30,757 nucleotides of DNA from a virus (lineage: Duplodnaviria; Caudoviricetes). Both the position numbers and the translations under genes were made by a program. The notes beneath the pieces are model-generated. The model did no database searches. It saw only the letters and a program-made list of their open reading frames with translations, and was not told where the DNA came from. The stretch spans positions 1-30,757 of the IMG/VR virus record IMGVR_UViG_3300034781_000018. The stretch is one strand, 5' to 3'. The first letter of the stretch is position 1; the number at the start of each line of letters is the position of its first letter. Positions 6,887 through 16,345 of this stretch are shown in pieces.

Positions 6887-8539
6887 TTATTGAAATGGAA
6901 AGCTCAATTGATTAGTTTTAACTCGCGAACCAACTACACTCGGCGTGTGAAATAAACGCTTTTCCTCCAAGATTTGTTGAACTGTGAGAAACTGAATTCG
7001 CTGGTAATTAATGCCCATATACTCATAAAACCCAGCGGCAGCGGCTTCATCTTTCATGGCTTTGGTTGGAGGTTTTATTGATAAAAAACCAGCTATTTCA
7101 CTACTTTGTTCACGCTCTAACACGCCGCGTATTTCCCGCACGTCAGCAGGTTTTACAGTTTCACCGCCTTTTACTGAGATGACCATATCCTTTAAACCAT
7201 TTTTTGTGTCGAAATAGACGCGTCCGTCAACTCCATAATCAGATGATTTCTTTTTCGTCGGAAATCCGCCAACTTTTTCGACAACCCAGTGCTGAAACTG
7301 GTGCTTATCTCGACTCCAAAGATCTTTAGCCTGCTCAACGCTTACGGGAATGCCGTCAACTGTAAAATGCTGTCCTTTTGTTAGTTGGTATTTATCGATT
7401 AAAACGTCTGTAATTAACTGAATTGATAAAATGGCTATATCGCAACCTATCCATTTGCGTCCGGCTTTCTCTGCTGCATAAATTGTGGTTCCGCATCCGC
7501 AAAACGGATCGAAAACAATATCACCGGGATTACTAGATGCGCGAACAATTCGGTCTAATAAAGTAATAGGCTTTTGAGTCGGATAGCCAAGCCTTTCAGA
7601 GGCATGTGGGGAAATAGGATCAATATCTGTAATTATGTCTTGAGCGGCGACGCCACGTTCCGGTTCAAGATATCTACGAAATTGAGGGACTGAGCCTTTT
7701 GGCGGAAAATAAATCAAACCTTTCTCGTCCAATAAATCCAATCTTTCTTGCACAGTTAGCTTTTGAATTTCCTGTTTGGACAGACCGGGCACAGCCGGTA
7801 CTGCCCAATGTCTACCAGAATCTGTAGGATTAACACCTCTCCACGCTTTACCTGAATCGCCTGTTCGTGTTCCGGCTCCAGTTAAATCTCCAAGCCGAAA
7901 TCGTCCCTTTTGGTCTTTATATTTGTAAAAAGCTTCTATGTATTTTTCGTCATAAGGCTGTGAGATACGATTCCAAGTATATTTATGGCTTTTAGTGTAA
8001 TAAAGAATAACATCGTGAACGGGTCCCCATCGCTTAGCACTATTATGACTTGAAGTTCGTTTCCAAATAATTTCACTTCGGAAATTTGCATGACCAAATA
8101 TGCCATCCATCATCACTTTGATATAGTGACTTGCAGTTGGATCACAATGCAGATAAATTGAGCCGTTTGGTTTTAGAACTACTTTCATAAAAAGAAGTCT
8201 TTGAACCATATAAATCAAATAAGCCAAAAGATGCGGCTGAGTTCTTGCTAAAGCCTTAACCCAAATGTCCCAAAATTGAGCATAATAATCATCAATTCCA
8301 TGCTCACGCATGAGCATTGGCATATTTTTGGCTATTTCAATCTTTTCGGCGTCCATTTCCCATGTATCACAAAAAGCTTCTGCCTGTTCCGGTACTGGCT
8401 TCCCGGTCATGTTTTTATACATCAGATTGTAGTTCTGCTTGGAATTAAATGGGGGATCTAGGTAAATCAAATCGACGCACTGGCTAGGTAGAATGCGTTC
8501 CATTATAGTGAGATTGTCACCGTAATAAAGGAAATTCAT
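6887..8539 (-). CDS. N4/N6 DNA methyltransferase (beta order) fused to a C-terminal Mrr-like endonuclease-fold domain
   Basis: GDNL, YLDPPF (motif IV), YPTQKP, FDPFCGCGTT (motif I), then FQHW...DYGVDG...ISVKGG. Confidence 0.9.
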   Translation of the reverse strand: MNFLYYGDNLTIMERILPSQCVDLIYLDPPFNSKQNYNLMYKNMTGKPVPEQAEAFCDTWEMDAEKIEIAKNMPMLMREHGIDDYYAQFWDIWVKALARTQPHLLAYLIYMVQRLLFMKVVLKPNGSIYLHCDPTASHYIKVMMDGIFGHANFRSEIIWKRTSSHNSAKRWGPVHDVILYYTKSHKYTWNRISQPYDEKYIEAFYKYKDQKGRFRLGDLTGAGTRTGDSGKAWRGVNPTDSGRHWAVPAVPGLSKQEIQKLTVQERLDLLDEKGLIYFPPKGSVPQFRRYLEPERGVAAQDIITDIDPISPHASERLGYPTQKPITLLDRIVRASSNPGDIVFDPFCGCGTTIYAAEKAGRKWIGCDIAILSIQLITDVLIDKYQLTKGQHFTVDGIPVSVEQAKDLWSRDKHQFQHWVVEKVGGFPTKKKSSDYGVDGRVYFDTKNGLKDMVISVKGGETVKPADVREIRGVLEREQSSEIAGFLSIKPPTKAMKDEAAAAGFYEYMGINYQRIQFLTVQQILEEKRLFHTPSVVGSRVKTNQLSFPFQ

Positions 8540-8639
8540 GGTTATATTTCACGAATTTTGTAATTAAATAAAGTCCCCGAAAATTAAATACGATTTATTT
8601 GGTAAGAAGAATGAAAGAATTAAATCAGCTTCCGCTTAC

Positions 8640-8870
8640 TTATTCCCAGCCAGTCCAAATCACTGCGGTTGTTGTTTCAAAAAAGGCGGGGGATTCATTC
8701 AGTGCCGTTGCTATTGCCGTAAATTCATCAGGCGAATTCACATCGAGTTTAATATTCTGATTATTCTGAAGCCGAAGCTTAATATCACCGGTATTGTGCT
8801 TTGTATTCCATGCTAGTGCGTATGCTACAACTGCAACTTTCATTCGATTGTTCCTTTCATTTGCAATCAT
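8640..8870 (-). CDS. Hypothetical protein
   Basis: Globular-looking 76-aa ORF; likely alternative start at 8843 with AAAGGA upstream. Confidence 0.55.
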   Translation of the reverse strand: MIANERNNRMKVAVVAYALAWNTKHNTGDIKLRLQNNQNIKLDVNSPDEFTAIATALNESPAFFETTTAVIWTGWE

Positions 8871-8949
8871 TTTTGTTTTTTCTAAATGATAATGAAAAAA
8901 AAGCGTAAAATCTTACAAATTTTTTGAAAATAATTTTCGGTGAATAAAA

Positions 8950-9096
8950 ATGAGAGGCATTTTGCCAGGAAATATCATATCGATTGAAGAATACAGAAGG
9001 AGTAAAAATGAATTACCTGAAAAGAATTCTGGGGCGCTTTTAATAGCACTGCTCGCCTTTATTTGTGTGCTGGCTAAAGCTGATGAAGAAATATAG
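8950..9096 (+). CDS. 48-aa peptide with one hydrophobic segment
   Basis: MRGILPGNIISIEEYRRSKNELPEKNSGALLIALLAFICVLAKADEEI; not in the ORF track. Confidence 0.45.
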   Translation: MRGILPGNIISIEEYRRSKNELPEKNSGALLIALLAFICVLAKADEEI

Positions 9097-9099
9097 AAT

Positions 9100-9312
9100 C
9101 TAATCTTTTCTCTCGATTGAAACATCTTCCATCCGAATTCCTCCGCTTATAAAAAAACGTTCTGAAACCCAGCCGTTTTCAATTGCTTCATAAAGCAAAT
9201 CATAATCCGTTGAATGCAGAGTCCGAATTGCCGCTGTATTTTTATTTACCGCCGTGTCATATTCCTGCAAAAGTGAGTTTGCCAGTCTTATTGCTTGTTC
9301 TTTATTACTCAT
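9100..9312 (-). CDS. Hypothetical protein
   Basis: 70-aa ORF with protein-like composition. Confidence 0.5.
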   Translation of the reverse strand: MSNKEQAIRLANSLLQEYDTAVNKNTAAIRTLHSTDYDLLYEAIENGWVSERFFISGGIRMEDVSIERKD

Positions 9313-9392
9313 AATTTCTGTTGTTCATCCAAGTTTTCACTTTTCTACTAAACGAATATCGCTCTCTGTTTTCCATTTATGATTGAGCTGGT

Positions 9393-9863
9393 ATGAAGAA
9401 TAAACATCTCACCGGTGGGTTATTCGATATGAGAGGCAAACCTCAGCTGCTCAAAGCTTCAGCAAAAGCAAAGCGAATAATCACGCCGGAAAAACACATT
9501 CAAGCAAGTTTCATTGCCTGGCGTAATATCCACAAAAGACAGTTTCCGCTGCTTAATTCTATTTTTGCTGTTCCTAACGGGTTCTGGACGGAAAACAAAG
9601 CCTATGCAAATTCATTAATAGCGCAAGGACTCACTGCCGGCATTCAGGATGTCATTTGTCTGGCTCCGTCGTTCGATAAAAGATTCCACGCGCTTTTAAT
9701 CGAGTTCAAAACAGAGGTTGGAGAACAAAGTAGCGAGCAGATATATTTTCACATTTTTTTTGCTTCTCTTGGATATCGAACGGAAGTTTGCCGCTCGGCT
9801 TATGCAGCTTCAGTTTTAGTAAATGAGCATTTGAACATCAAAGTTCCGATTTATCCGAGGTAG
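9393..9863 (+). CDS. VRR-NUC domain nuclease (probable Holliday-junction resolvase role)
   Basis: E..IQ, FAVPNG, G...GIQD, LIEFKT..G..S.EQ PD-(D/E)xK motifs. Confidence 0.88.
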   Translation: MKNKHLTGGLFDMRGKPQLLKASAKAKRIITPEKHIQASFIAWRNIHKRQFPLLNSIFAVPNGFWTENKAYANSLIAQGLTAGIQDVICLAPSFDKRFHALLIEFKTEVGEQSSEQIYFHIFFASLGYRTEVCRSAYAASVLVNEHLNIKVPIYPR

Positions 9864-9864
9864 T

Positions 9865-10080
9865 TTATTCATCCTCATCGGGCGTGAACTCGAGTAAATC
9901 ATTCGGCGTGCATTTGAATAAATTGCAGAGCGTGTTCAGCGTTCCCAAATCAGCAAGCCTCCAGTCGCTTTTCCAAAGATTAGCGGCTTTTGACGGTTGA
10001 AATCCGGTGATTTTTTGTAATTGGTAGGCATTTTTAACGCCGTGTTTTTCAGCTATTTCTCTGATTCTCACGATAATCAT
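9865..10080 (-). CDS. XRE/Cro-C1-type HTH transcriptional regulator
   Basis: AYQLQKITG...LGTLNTLCNLFKCTPNDLLEF is typical of HTH_26. Confidence 0.88.
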   Translation of the reverse strand: MIIVRIREIAEKHGVKNAYQLQKITGFQPSKAANLWKSDWRLADLGTLNTLCNLFKCTPNDLLEFTPDEDE

Positions 10081-10302
10081 TCAGCCAAAATATCAATTTC
10101 AACTATTTCAAAGAATATAGCCGTCTGTATTATAGCTCCCTGTAATAGCAAGAAATCTTGCGAAATGCTTCGGGCTGTAATATAGGCGAAAATATTACGG
10201 CAAAATGGATTGTTTTACTTTTGAAAAATTGCTAAGTTCGGTCAGATTCGAGACCTCCAACCCTCGATAAATCTCAAACCAACCTTAGACAATTTTAATT
10301 CA

Positions 10303-11124
10303 ATGCAAGTAAAACATCCCGTTTTGAAATATTACGGATCTAAATTCGCTCTGGCTGAATGGATCATCAACCACTTTCCTGCACATCGTCATTACGTCGA
10401 ACCTTTCGGCGGAGCTGCTAACGTTTTGTTAGTAAAGCAGCCGTCACGCCTTGAAACCTACAACGATCTTAATAATGCAATCGTTAATTTCTTCCGGATG
10501 TTGCGCTGTCGCCCTTCCGAGTTAATTGAACAAATCAGACTAACGCCATGGGCGCGCACCGAATACGAGTATTGTCTCGAGGAGAAAGAGGACGAATCGT
10601 CGCTGGAAATGGCGCGACGATTGTTTTATCGGTTATGGATGAGTTTCTGCGGTCAATACCAAACAGAAAAAGGAAGCTGGAGTAGATTCAACAAAGGCAA
10701 AAAGCGAATGCGCCCGGATTATTTAATTGAAAATTTAACAGCCGCTTCGGAAAGATTGCTGCACATCCAAATTGAAAATCGTGATGCTTTCAAATTGATT
10801 GCCGAAACTGATTCTCCGGACACGCTTTTCTATCTTGACCCGCCGTATGTATTTTCGACCAGAACGACTAGTAAAGCCTACAGTCATGAACTTACAAACG
10901 AAAAACATCGAGAGTTTGCCCAGCTGCTTTATTCGTTAAAAGGCTTCGTCGTTTTATCCGGCTATCCGTCGGCGATTTATGAAGAATTATTCGAGCAAAA
11001 AGGCTGGATCAGAATTGATCGGAAGTCGCGCGTCTCGGGCGGAGCGACGAAAACCGAATGCCTTTGGCTTAATCCAAAAACGGCAAAAGAAATCGGATTA
11101 TTACAGGAAACAGTAATAAAATAA
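10303..11124 (+). CDS. DNA adenine methyltransferase, Dam/D12 family
   Basis: LKYYGSK, YVEPFGGAANV, YND, FYLDPPY motifs. Confidence 0.93.
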   Translation: MQVKHPVLKYYGSKFALAEWIINHFPAHRHYVEPFGGAANVLLVKQPSRLETYNDLNNAIVNFFRMLRCRPSELIEQIRLTPWARTEYEYCLEEKEDESSLEMARRLFYRLWMSFCGQYQTEKGSWSRFNKGKKRMRPDYLIENLTAASERLLHIQIENRDAFKLIAETDSPDTLFYLDPPYVFSTRTTSKAYSHELTNEKHREFAQLLYSLKGFVVLSGYPSAIYEELFEQKGWIRIDRKSRVSGGATKTECLWLNPKTAKEIGLLQETVIK

Positions 11125-11131
11125 TTTTAGA

Positions 11132-11213
11132 TTGACAACTAAAAGGGATTTCGCTTAATCTTAGCATCACGGGGATTAGGGCGTGTTGAAAGGCTGCTCT
11201 AATCCCTATTTTT
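11132..11213 (+). promoter_or_regulatory. Sigma70-like promoter followed immediately by a terminator hairpin
   Basis: TTGACA 11132-11137, 18 bp, TAATCT 11156-11161; stem GGGATTAGGGC/GCTCTAATCCC 11172-11206 plus TATTTTT. Confidence 0.6.
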
Positions 11214-11356
11214 GCGCTTTTCACCATCTCTAGTCCCGGCACCCGAAATCAACCATACAATCAGCTTTTCTTTTCGAGCATTTCGTATCGAGGCGCGCCC
11301 TTTTGCCGTACTCTCCTGAAGGGATTTGTTTCGATACTCGCGGACCACAATTTAAT

Positions 11357-11680
11357 ATGTCTGAAATTGCACAAAACAGCATTCCCGTAGGACTGCATTT
11401 AATTATCAACTCTCTGACCGATTCTTATGAAAAATCAATGGTCAATCGCTGGTACAAGGAATACCAAACTCACCAGCAGAAAAGAACCAGACGCCTGCAG
11501 GTTTTAGAAGCCGTTGAGGAAGGCTACGACACTTTAAGCGAGATATCCGCTCACACCGGTATTCCCCAGCCGACCGTGCGCCGGATCGTCGAACAATTCG
11601 TTGCGCAAAAACGCATCAATTCGATGAAAGCTAAAAACACGAATAACCGCATCGAGATCAGATACGAATTAGCTTCATAG
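11357..11680 (+). CDS. Winged helix-turn-helix protein, candidate late-gene activator
   Basis: RLQVLEAV...TLSEISAHTGIPQPTVRRIVEQF wHTH; last gene before the packaging module; start placed at the ATG at 11357. Confidence 0.8.
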   Translation: MSEIAQNSIPVGLHLIINSLTDSYEKSMVNRWYKEYQTHQQKRTRRLQVLEAVEEGYDTLSEISAHTGIPQPTVRRIVEQFVAQKRINSMKAKNTNNRIEIRYELAS

Positions 11681-11684
11681 ACTT

Positions 11685-11734
11685 CTTTTCACTTTTTTTT
11701 CAAATGAAAAGCGCGCCTCATTTCCAAATAAAAT
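11685..11734 (+). promoter_or_regulatory. Putative late promoter 1 (dyad CTTTTCA-N13-TGAAAAG plus -10 TAAAAT)
   Basis: Dyad 11685-11711; TAAAAT 11729-11734; motif recurs four times. Confidence 0.75.
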
Positions 11735-11743
11735 CTTTTTGGA

Positions 11744-12358
11744 ATGAGACCGCGACCTCCAGAGCTTTTAATCGAAGAATACGTCGGCATTGATTATTTC
11801 GTGCCTTCGCCCGAACTCGATTTATGGGTTAGGAAAACCTTTCTTAATCCAATGAGCGAACTCTACAACCCGGAACACGAACACCTTTCAAAAGCGCACA
11901 TCGGTTATCTCTGGACAAACGTTCCGAATAAAAAAGCAGGGATGATTGTCGCAGCGACAGCCGAGATTCCGTTCTTTCGCGGAAACGCCTGGCAAAAGCA
12001 TCGTCAAATAATGCAGATGCAGGAATGGTTCGGCGATATTCCGGATTTCGTCATTACCTTCGACGCAGCTCTTGCAAACTCGGCAACCGATCTGCAGTTT
12101 TGCGCCCGCACCGAACACGAGCTTTATCACTGCGTTCAGGCTGTTGACCGCTACGGCTCTCCGATGTTTCACGGAGAAACCGATCAGCCGAAATTCGCTC
12201 TCAAAGGTCACGACGTCGAGGAGCACGTCGGCGTAATGCGTCGTTACGGTCCGGCAGGCTGCGCCGGCGAGACACTCGCTTTCATTGAAGCCTCAAAAAA
12301 CGAACCGGAAATCGGAATAGCTGAGATCTTGGGAGTTTGCGGAACGTGCGGAATTTAA
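11744..12358 (+). CDS. Putative phage metallopeptidase
   Basis: HELYH zinc motif plus downstream HDVEE; family commonly found upstream of terS. Confidence 0.85.
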   Translation: MRPRPPELLIEEYVGIDYFVPSPELDLWVRKTFLNPMSELYNPEHEHLSKAHIGYLWTNVPNKKAGMIVAATAEIPFFRGNAWQKHRQIMQMQEWFGDIPDFVITFDAALANSATDLQFCARTEHELYHCVQAVDRYGSPMFHGETDQPKFALKGHDVEEHVGVMRRYGPAGCAGETLAFIEASKNEPEIGIAEILGVCGTCGI

Positions 12359-12401
12359 TCTTCAGATCAGTTTAATTTTGTTTAAGTAAATCGCAATAAA
12401 A

Positions 12402-12896
12402 ATGGCGGAAGGAAAATTAGATAGCACTCAACAAGTCTTTGTCGTTCAACAGCTTGCAATGTTCGAGCGACCGAAAGCCGTTCAGGAACAAATTAAAGAA
12501 GTTTGGAGCATTGAAATCTCTTTGCCGGCAATTATTTATTACGACGGACGGAATCCGGATCTGCCGAAAAAGCTCAAAGCGCTTTTCAACTCGACCAGAA
12601 AAAAGTTTTTGGAAAACGCTTCAAATATTCCGATTGCCAATAAATCTTATCGCCTCTCGAAGCTGCAGCGGATGTTTGAATCGGAAGAGTCGGCAGACGC
12701 CCGGATGCAGAATAAAAAAGCAATGCGGGCGATTTTAGAGCAGGCAGCAAAGGAATCAGGCGACGCTTATACCAACCAGCAGAAACACGAGCACACCGGC
12801 AAGGACGGCAAGCCACTAGGTCCGCAGACCATTACCGTCAACGTCGTTCAATCCGCCTCCGTGATTAAAGATGAACCTGACGATAAACACCAATAA
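12402..12896 (+). CDS. terS: Terminase small subunit (DUF2280-like)
   Basis: FVVQQLA.F..P..V, IPIANKSYRL, LEQAAKE.G..YTN, EHTGKDGKP; overlaps terL. Confidence 0.85.
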   Translation: MAEGKLDSTQQVFVVQQLAMFERPKAVQEQIKEVWSIEISLPAIIYYDGRNPDLPKKLKALFNSTRKKFLENASNIPIANKSYRLSKLQRMFESEESADARMQNKKAMRAILEQAAKESGDAYTNQQKHEHTGKDGKPLGPQTITVNVVQSASVIKDEPDDKHQ

Positions 12897-14022
12897 AGTC
12901 TTCACATTTTTAAGCGAATGCAAAAAGCGAATCAAATCGCTTCGCGGCGGAACTCGTTCGGGGAAAACCTACAACGTCCTTATTTTTTTAATCATTTCGG
13001 CGCTTTCGTTCGAAGGCAAAACGATAACGATTGCCCGGCAAACTATGCCGGCGCTGCGCTCGACGGCGATGCGCGATTTTATCGAAATTTTAGAAAACTT
13101 AAATCTTTACGACGAGAAAAATCACAACAAAACTTCGAATGAATATTCATTAAACGGCAATTTGTTCGAGTTTATCGGTCTAAAGGAATCGCGCCGGGTT
13201 CGCGGTCGAAAGCGCAACATACTTTACATCAACGAAGCCAACGAAACCGATTTTGAAGCATTCATTCAGCTTTCGTTCCGCACGACGGAATCAATCATTC
13301 TCGATTACAACCCGTCGGAAGCATATTCGTGGATTTACGATCAGGTCGAAACCAGAGAAGACTGCGAACTGCTCGTGACGACTTATCTTGATAATCCGTT
13401 TCTCGAAGAGCAGCTCGTGCAGGAAATCGAGATGCTCAAAGATGCCAATGAGGAATATTGGAAAATCTACGGTCTCGGTCAGGTTGCCGGAAATCAAAAG
13501 CTGGTTTTCGCGCACTGGCAGATGATTTCGGAAGCAAATTTCCCGTTTTTGAAAGGCGAAAAGATTCTCGGAATGGATTTCGGTCACACGGCTCCTTCGA
13601 CGCTTATCGAAGTCACGTTCTGGGAAAACACGCTTTACTGGCGACAGCTGCTTTATAAAGCGAAGCTGACCAATTCGAAACTAATCGAGGAACTCAAATT
13701 TATTCCCGAAGCTTTTCAATATCCGATTTTCGCCGATTGCGCCGAACCGGACCGCATCGAGGAGATTGCGGACGCCGGATTCGATTGCCGACCAGCGTAC
13801 AAAAACCACAAATCAACGATTGATTTCGTCCGTTCAAAACCGCTCAGAATTTTAGAATCGAGCGCCGACATCCTGCGCGAGATAAAAAAATACAGCTGGA
13901 AAACCGACAAAGACGGCAACATCATCGACGGCGAAGTCGTTGATTTCGACAATCACGCGATGGACGGATCGCGCTATGCCAGTTACCAGTTCAGCAAAAT
14001 TAATTCCTGGGATTACGACTAA
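12871..14022 (+). CDS. terL: Terminase large subunit, PBSX/Terminase_3 family
   Basis: Walker A GGTRSGKT, Walker B YINEANE, DYNP, nuclease GMDFG...DNHAMD. Confidence 0.95.
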   Translation: MNLTINTNKVFTFLSECKKRIKSLRGGTRSGKTYNVLIFLIISALSFEGKTITIARQTMPALRSTAMRDFIEILENLNLYDEKNHNKTSNEYSLNGNLFEFIGLKESRRVRGRKRNILYINEANETDFEAFIQLSFRTTESIILDYNPSEAYSWIYDQVETREDCELLVTTYLDNPFLEEQLVQEIEMLKDANEEYWKIYGLGQVAGNQKLVFAHWQMISEANFPFLKGEKILGMDFGHTAPSTLIEVTFWENTLYWRQLLYKAKLTNSKLIEELKFIPEAFQYPIFADCAEPDRIEEIADAGFDCRPAYKNHKSTIDFVRSKPLRILESSADILREIKKYSWKTDKDGNIIDGEVVDFDNHAMDGSRYASYQFSKINSWDYD

Positions 14023-14026
14023 ACAT

Positions 14027-15316
14027 ATGAAATTTTGGACTTCATTCAAATCGGCTTTTTCTTCGATGCGTCACGACCGGCGATCAAACGGTTACGGCTC
14101 CAACCCTTTCTTCGGACAAATCCGCGACTTGCTGTTCGGTATGTTCTCCGGCACTAATATCAATTACGCGGCGGAAGTCGGCGATTTATCGCAAAGCCGG
14201 CTGATTATGGCGGCAGTTAATTTTATGGGACGTTCGCTGCCCGAGGCGGCTCTCGAAGTCGTTAAAACCAAATCCGACGGCACGAAGAAAATCATTCCCG
14301 GTCATCCGGTTGTTTCGCTGTTTGCGCGTCCGAATAAGTTTTATACCGGCGATCTGCTTTGGAAGAGTTTCGGTTTATCGTGGATCATTGCCGGAAACGT
14401 CTACTTCTACAAAGTCAGAAACCGGCTCGGCGAAGTCATCGAGCTTTGGTATTTGCCGCACACCATGGTCGAGCCTCGATGGGAATCGGAAAACTCGTTT
14501 ATTGATTACTACGCGTACCAGGTTGACGGCTACGAATATAAATTAAAGCCGTCGGATATTATTCATTTCCGCAATGGAATAGATCCGAACAACACGCGAA
14601 TGGGACTCTCTGATATTGCTTCGGCACTCAGGGAAATTTACACCGACAACGAAGCCTCGAACTTCTCGGCGCTGCTGATGAGAAACAACGGCGTCGGACC
14701 GTTTGCCATTTCACCTGAAGGGGAAAAAGTGAATATGTCGGAGATCGAGCGCAAACGGCTTATTGATAACTTCCAGCGCAAGACCGGCGGCGACGAGCGC
14801 GGCAAACCGTTTGTTTCCGGAACACCGTTCAAAATCCTCAAAACCGGCTTTTCACCCGAAGAGCTTGATTTGTCTAAACTTCGTCATCTGCCGGAAGAAA
14901 CAATCGCATCACTGACCGGCATTCCGGCGATTGTACTGCAATTTGGAGCGGGTTTGGAGCGTTCAACCTACTCGAATTATTCCGAGGCGAAAGAGAGCGC
15001 TTTCGAGGGCGTTATTGTGCCCCTTTGGAGATACATTCAGGCGGAATTGACTCATCAATTGGTAAGTGATTTCGACAAATCGGAAAAGCTCGAGGCGAAT
15101 TTTAATACTTCAAACGTTCGCGTGCTTCAGGACGATGAAAACAAACTTTATGTTCGCGTCGGCGTCGCTTATCGAAACGGCATTATCAAGCGTTCTGAAG
15201 CTCGCTCGAAGATGGGTTTTCAAACCGCTCCGGAAGATGAAGTTTATTTCGTCGAGCCTAAACGGGAAGATAAACAGAAGGATGAAAAAACGGGTGATGA
15301 CAACGCGAATCAGTAA
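14027..15316 (+). CDS. Portal protein, HK97 family
   Basis: HP...L..RPN, GNVY, IIHFR, GLS, TYSN motifs; start placed at the ATG at 14027 after the terL stop. Confidence 0.93.
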   Translation: MKFWTSFKSAFSSMRHDRRSNGYGSNPFFGQIRDLLFGMFSGTNINYAAEVGDLSQSRLIMAAVNFMGRSLPEAALEVVKTKSDGTKKIIPGHPVVSLFARPNKFYTGDLLWKSFGLSWIIAGNVYFYKVRNRLGEVIELWYLPHTMVEPRWESENSFIDYYAYQVDGYEYKLKPSDIIHFRNGIDPNNTRMGLSDIASALREIYTDNEASNFSALLMRNNGVGPFAISPEGEKVNMSEIERKRLIDNFQRKTGGDERGKPFVSGTPFKILKTGFSPEELDLSKLRHLPEETIASLTGIPAIVLQFGAGLERSTYSNYSEAKESAFEGVIVPLWRYIQAELTHQLVSDFDKSEKLEANFNTSNVRVLQDDENKLYVRVGVAYRNGIIKRSEARSKMGFQTAPEDEVYFVEPKREDKQKDEKTGDDNANQ

Positions 15317-15545
15317 ACTCTTCAAAGATTCTCAGGGCTTTAATTTGCGCAGCTGCTCGCCCCGTCGGTTTGAATCTTTTCGCCAATGTCCCGGAAATAT
15401 ATTTTCCGGCATAAACTCTCGGTTGATTCCAAACCTTTGATTTGCATTTTGCACACGAACGCGGCGCGATTGATTTATCTTTAGTCGTCCAGTTATATCC
15501 GCAACGCTCACAAAAGCAATTTCCGTTTTTATCGTCAAATGACAT
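15258..15545 (-). CDS. Small zinc-ribbon protein
   Basis: CERCGYNW...PRSCAKCKSKVWN; 3' end overlaps the portal end. Confidence 0.7.
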   Translation of the reverse strand: MSFDDKNGNCFCERCGYNWTTKDKSIAPRSCAKCKSKVWNQPRVYAGKYISGTLAKRFKPTGRAAAQIKALRIFEEFTDSRCHHPFFHPSVYLPV

Positions 15546-15559
15546 GCTAAAACTTAAAA

Positions 15560-15997
15560 CTATAATTTTCTTAGAACTGTCACAAGTGCAATTATCATTC
15601 CTATTAACCCAATTAAGGTTGATATTACTGGAATCAGTACCTTAAACCAGAATTCTATAGAAGCTCGTTGTTCAATGCGAATTTGTCGTTTTAATTTGCT
15701 TTGCTCAAATTTTGTTAAAAAGGTATGAGTTCTTGTGCTAACACCTTCTTTTGCCGTAAATGTTTGATATTTTTCTACAGAAGGCAGTTCTAAACCTAGT
15801 TTTATTGCTTTACGAGTCAGAATAGATGTTTCAAGCATCCGAAGTTTATTATCAATATTTTCAATCTCAAGGACGAGTTCAACTTGTTTATGTATTAATT
15901 CTAAATCATCAGTAGGTTCCCGAATTAAAGCTAGTCTTTTCTCTAAATGCTTCTTTTCTTTGTTTAGATTATGTCTTTTAATCCAATCCTTTATCAT
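15560..15997 (-). CDS. Coiled-coil protein with C-terminal TM helix (moron)
   Basis: AT-rich ORF ending VLIPVISTLIGLIGMIIALVTVL. Confidence 0.75.
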   Translation of the reverse strand: MIKDWIKRHNLNKEKKHLEKRLALIREPTDDLELIHKQVELVLEIENIDNKLRMLETSILTRKAIKLGLELPSVEKYQTFTAKEGVSTRTHTFLTKFEQSKLKRQIRIEQRASIEFWFKVLIPVISTLIGLIGMIIALVTVLRKL

Positions 15998-16046
15998 TTA
16001 AGATTTTTTCCCGCCTCGTGATTCACCTTTAAATAAAGCAATTGCT

Positions 16047-16244
16047 TTATTTTTGCTCTTTCTTCGGTCTGCCAACCTTGCCGTAAACCTTAACTTTTTC
16101 CGCATCCGATCTTTTAATCATATTTTGTCGCCCGAACTTTTCCGCCGGAATTGTCCCGTCAAGAATCATCTGGCGAACCCGCCCGTCTGTCAGCCCTAAA
16201 AGCTGCGCCGTTTCCTGTGTTGTAAGTAGTTTCTTATCCATCAA
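16047..16244 (-). CDS. HTH_17 (excisionase-like) DNA-binding protein with AT-hook-like tail
   Basis: LLTTQETAQLLGLTDGRVRQMILDGTIPAEKFGR...GRPKK. Confidence 0.88.
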   Translation of the reverse strand: MMDKKLLTTQETAQLLGLTDGRVRQMILDGTIPAEKFGRQNMIKRSDAEKVKVYGKVGRPKKEQK

Positions 16245-16272
16245 TAAAAGAATATGTCAAAACCCGGACAAC

Positions 16273-16345
16273 TTCCAAAAATAAGACGATAAGGTTTTAT
16301 ATAATGATGAAAATAATCTAACGATAGCGTCTTATTTTTTTGGAA
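16273..16345. repeat. Imperfect long inverted repeat in divergent promoter region
   Basis: TTCCAAAAATAAGACGATAAGGTT 16273-16296 versus AACGATAGCGTCTTATTTTTTTGGAA 16320-16345; TATAAT at 16300 between the arms. Confidence 0.7.

Noticed and set aside
9333-9355. TTTTCACTTTT as a fifth late-promoter copy (similar partial matches near 3940 and 29437)
   Set aside because: Only the left half-site is present; there is no TGAAAA 13 bp downstream.
13940-14026. Upstream start extensions in the ORF track (portal 13940; also 641, 4881, 6114, 11303, 21406, 29480)
   Set aside because: They overlap neighbouring genes or regulatory DNA; downstream ATGs fit gene packing and SD positions better.
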